DNA of 64,000 nucleotides from positions 1,984,001-2,048,000 of the forward strand of contig CAWCYI010000004.1 of assembly GCA_963799845.1 (NCBI GenBank), written 5' to 3'. Within the stretch, counting starts at the first letter, position 1, and every line of letters begins with the position of its first letter. Below are positions 62,303 through 64,000 of the stretch, in pieces. A program made the translations under genes and the position numbers. The notes under the pieces are model-generated. The model was not told the DNA's origin. It searched no databases and worked only from the letters and a program-made list of their open reading frames with translations. Source of the DNA: an uncultured Nitrososphaerota archaeon. GTDB lineage: Archaea; Thermoproteota; Nitrososphaeria; Nitrososphaerales; CADDZS01.

Positions 62303-62809
62303 CTAGCAGAATCCAAAGTAGTCTGAGGATTCAGAATTTTCTCGTAATTTACATCGCTCATCAAGAATAGTTGCCCCTGTTCGGCCATGTCCACGATCAG
62401 CTCGAGCTCCCTTCGGCAACAAGTACTCATCAATATCCTCGGGATTGATCTTCTCGTCAGGATTGTTGTCGTCCTCTGTCAGATACCATTCAACACCGTC
62501 GCGAGTAGCCAGCCACAAAACTTTCGCGTCAGGTCCGAATCGTTTTTCGATCTCAACAAAAATATCTGCGAGTTTGGAATTCTTCCGCATCCCCCGGTTC
62601 TCCGCAATCTCGCCCCTCTCGTCGTTGTGCAGCTCTTTGATTTCATGGGTGATAACTTCTTCCGAGTTTCTGTATCCCTCGCCGTACGCTGTCTCTGTGC
62701 GGTATCCCTTCATCGCAGAGAGAATTTCGCGAGCTTCCTTCGTGCGTTCAGGAATTCGGATCTTGTGTGCAGCTCGCTTCGGTCCGCGCTGCGGATAATG
62801 CTTACTCAA
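62303..62809 (-). CDS. KHYP-leader hypothetical protein (frameshift near 62403)
   Basis: MSKHYPQR; correction gives ...PKGAELIVDMAEQGQLFL. Confidence 0.65.
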   Translation of the reverse strand: MSKHYPQRGPKRAAHKIRIPERTKEAREILSAMKGYRTETAYGEGYRNSEEVITHEIKELHNDERGEIAENRGMRKNSKLADIFVEIEKRFGPDAKVLWLATRDGVEWYLTEDDNNPDEKINPEDIDEYLLPKGARADRGHGRTGATILDERCKLRENSESSDYFGFC

Positions 62810-62982
62810 AGAGAATCTTCGAGATCGTCGCCGCTTTCCAGCCTGTCGCTCGTCGAGAATTTAGCTTCCAGTTCCTCGGGCGGTTCCCGATCCTCGCTGG
62901 GCTTCCTCTTGTGCGATTTGCCGAAATGCGGTCGTTTAGATTTGCCACTAGCCGTTCTGTTTGGATAGTGGCGGCTCGGCAT
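62806..62982 (-). CDS. Small RHYP-leader protein (58 aa)
   Basis: MPSRHYPNRTASGKSKRPHFGKSHKRKPSEDREPP...; stop overlaps the next TTG; below the ORF-track cutoff. Confidence 0.7.
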   Translation of the reverse strand: MPSRHYPNRTASGKSKRPHFGKSHKRKPSEDREPPEELEAKFSTSDRLESGDDLEDSL

Positions 62983-62984
62983 GT

Positions 62985-63290
62985 CTATCGCCCAAGCGAT
63001 CTGACGTAACTTTCGTCCACTTTTGCAGTGGCTAGAATATCTCGTCCTTTGTTTCTGTGCCAGACGACCAAGTTGTTCAATGCGTGGATAACTGCACCTG
63101 AGCCGTGTCTTTCGACGGCCATTCGCAGGGCAGCTTCCCTTTCGCCTCTGGACAGATCGACATGGTATCCCTCATCTGTCAGGATCCCTGGGTGGACCCG
63201 AGGAATTCTAATCTTCGGCTTTCTCGTACCACGGGCACGGCCTCTCGACCGCGATTTAACGGTACGTTGCGGGTAATGTTTCTGAGACAA
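62985..63290 (-). CDS. KHYP-leader + DUF5771-like viral domain
   Basis: GILTDEGY...REAALRMAVERHG...VIHALNNLVVW.RN...D.SYV. Confidence 0.6.
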   Translation of the reverse strand: MSQKHYPQRTVKSRSRGRARGTRKPKIRIPRVHPGILTDEGYHVDLSRGEREAALRMAVERHGSGAVIHALNNLVVWHRNKGRDILATAKVDESYVRSLGR

Positions 63291-63324
63291 TTCCGTCCAA
63301 TTCTAAAAACACTTTTTCTAGTGC

Positions 63325-63894
63325 ATGGCCAAGAATCCTCGGCATCATTTCTACCTCGCGAAAGTTGGGAAGAAAACTCGATCTCCCAAGCCCAAACCGA
63401 GAGCGAAAAAGAAACCCAGAGCAGTAGAGCCATTTGTATCGGGCGTGAAGGAACTGCGGGAAGAATTCCCGCAGGCGACGATCATCACTGCTAACGGGAT
63501 TTCGACCCCGCCAGAACACGGGATCGAACATTATCAGAAAAGACCTGAACCCGATCTGACGCTGAAAGACCTCGGCCAATATTACGGATCGCAGGAATGG
63601 CAACGGGACCGTCTGACTGGCGTACTTCTAACTGATGGAGTCCGCTACATCATGGAGAACGGGTACGGCTGGTTTGTCTCCGATGCACTTCCAGTATTGA
63701 AAGAAAACGAGGCGAAAGGCGAGGCGTTCCAAGTCGTCGAATTGAAGTTGGGCCCAGGCAAAACAGCTGATCTGACAATCGGTGATGGAAATAATCACCA
63801 GCTCTACAAGAAACACATCAACTACACGGACGCGAAGGCGAAGCCCAAACTCTACTTTACTGATAATGTATTGATGCTCGCTGGCGAGTATTAG
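63325..63894 (+). CDS. Basic leader + DUF6876-like domain
   Basis: LGQYYGSQEW...LTDGVRY...FQVVEL...DGN...YTD...VLMLAGEY. Confidence 0.75.
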   Translation: MAKNPRHHFYLAKVGKKTRSPKPKPRAKKKPRAVEPFVSGVKELREEFPQATIITANGISTPPEHGIEHYQKRPEPDLTLKDLGQYYGSQEWQRDRLTGVLLTDGVRYIMENGYGWFVSDALPVLKENEAKGEAFQVVELKLGPGKTADLTIGDGNNHQLYKKHINYTDAKAKPKLYFTDNVLMLAGEY

Positions 63895-63910
63895 GGCAAC
63901 GGTCTAGCCT

Positions 63911-64000
63911 TTGGCGCGTAAGCACTATCCTTCGCGCCGTCCACGCGCCAGAAGATCAAGAAAGAATCCACTCTACACGGAATCAATCAATCGATTCCGT
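63911..64000 (+). CDS. KHYP-leader protein (partial, window edge)
   Basis: TTG GCG CGT AAG CAC TAT CCT = MARKHYPSRRPRARRSRK... Confidence 0.65.
   Translation, partial: MARKHYPSRRPRARRSRKNPLYTESINRFR

Noticed and set aside
17702-62809. Programmed frameshifting or mass pseudogenisation of the element
   Set aside because: Most breaks are single insertions at AGCT or homopolymers, best explained as basecalling errors; no slippery-site plus structure pattern seen.
1-64000. tRNA, rRNA, integrase, transposase, HK97 capsid/portal/terminase
   Set aside because: None recognised by eye; absence is not proven without searches.

Overview
Archaeal-looking DNA, probably from a non-ammonia-oxidising Nitrososphaerota-type organism (inferred from gene style, not from a marker gene). 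Most of the window (1-6.8 kb and about 17.7-64 kb) reads as one large virus-like or integrative element. No integrase, capsid protein or relaxase was recognised. It encodes a 2211-aa Cys/Ser/Thr-rich repeat surface protein, many membrane-anchored PKD/Ig-like proteins, a class III (pilin-type) signal-peptide protein, a CPBP protease, two intein-interrupted FtsK/HerA-type ATPases, ParB, wHTH and Zn-ribbon proteins, and a set of small basic proteins sharing an N-terminal (K/R)HYPxR peptide. A TGTCG(T/G)ACA motif just upstream of several start codons ties these parts together. Host-like cargo blocks interrupt it: 7-17.6 kb (MFS, nitronate monooxygenase, two AAA-TolB-TPR paralogues, PhhB, Ku-like), 28.6-36.15 kb (AT-richer array of small exported proteins punctuated by two families of intergenic repeats, whose edge coincides with a truncated phage-type methyltransferase) and 59.6-62 kb (Kelch-like, VOC). 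Many genes are split by single-base indels clustered at AGCT sites, probably long-read basecalling artefacts. All family calls are by-eye motif recognition; no searches were run.
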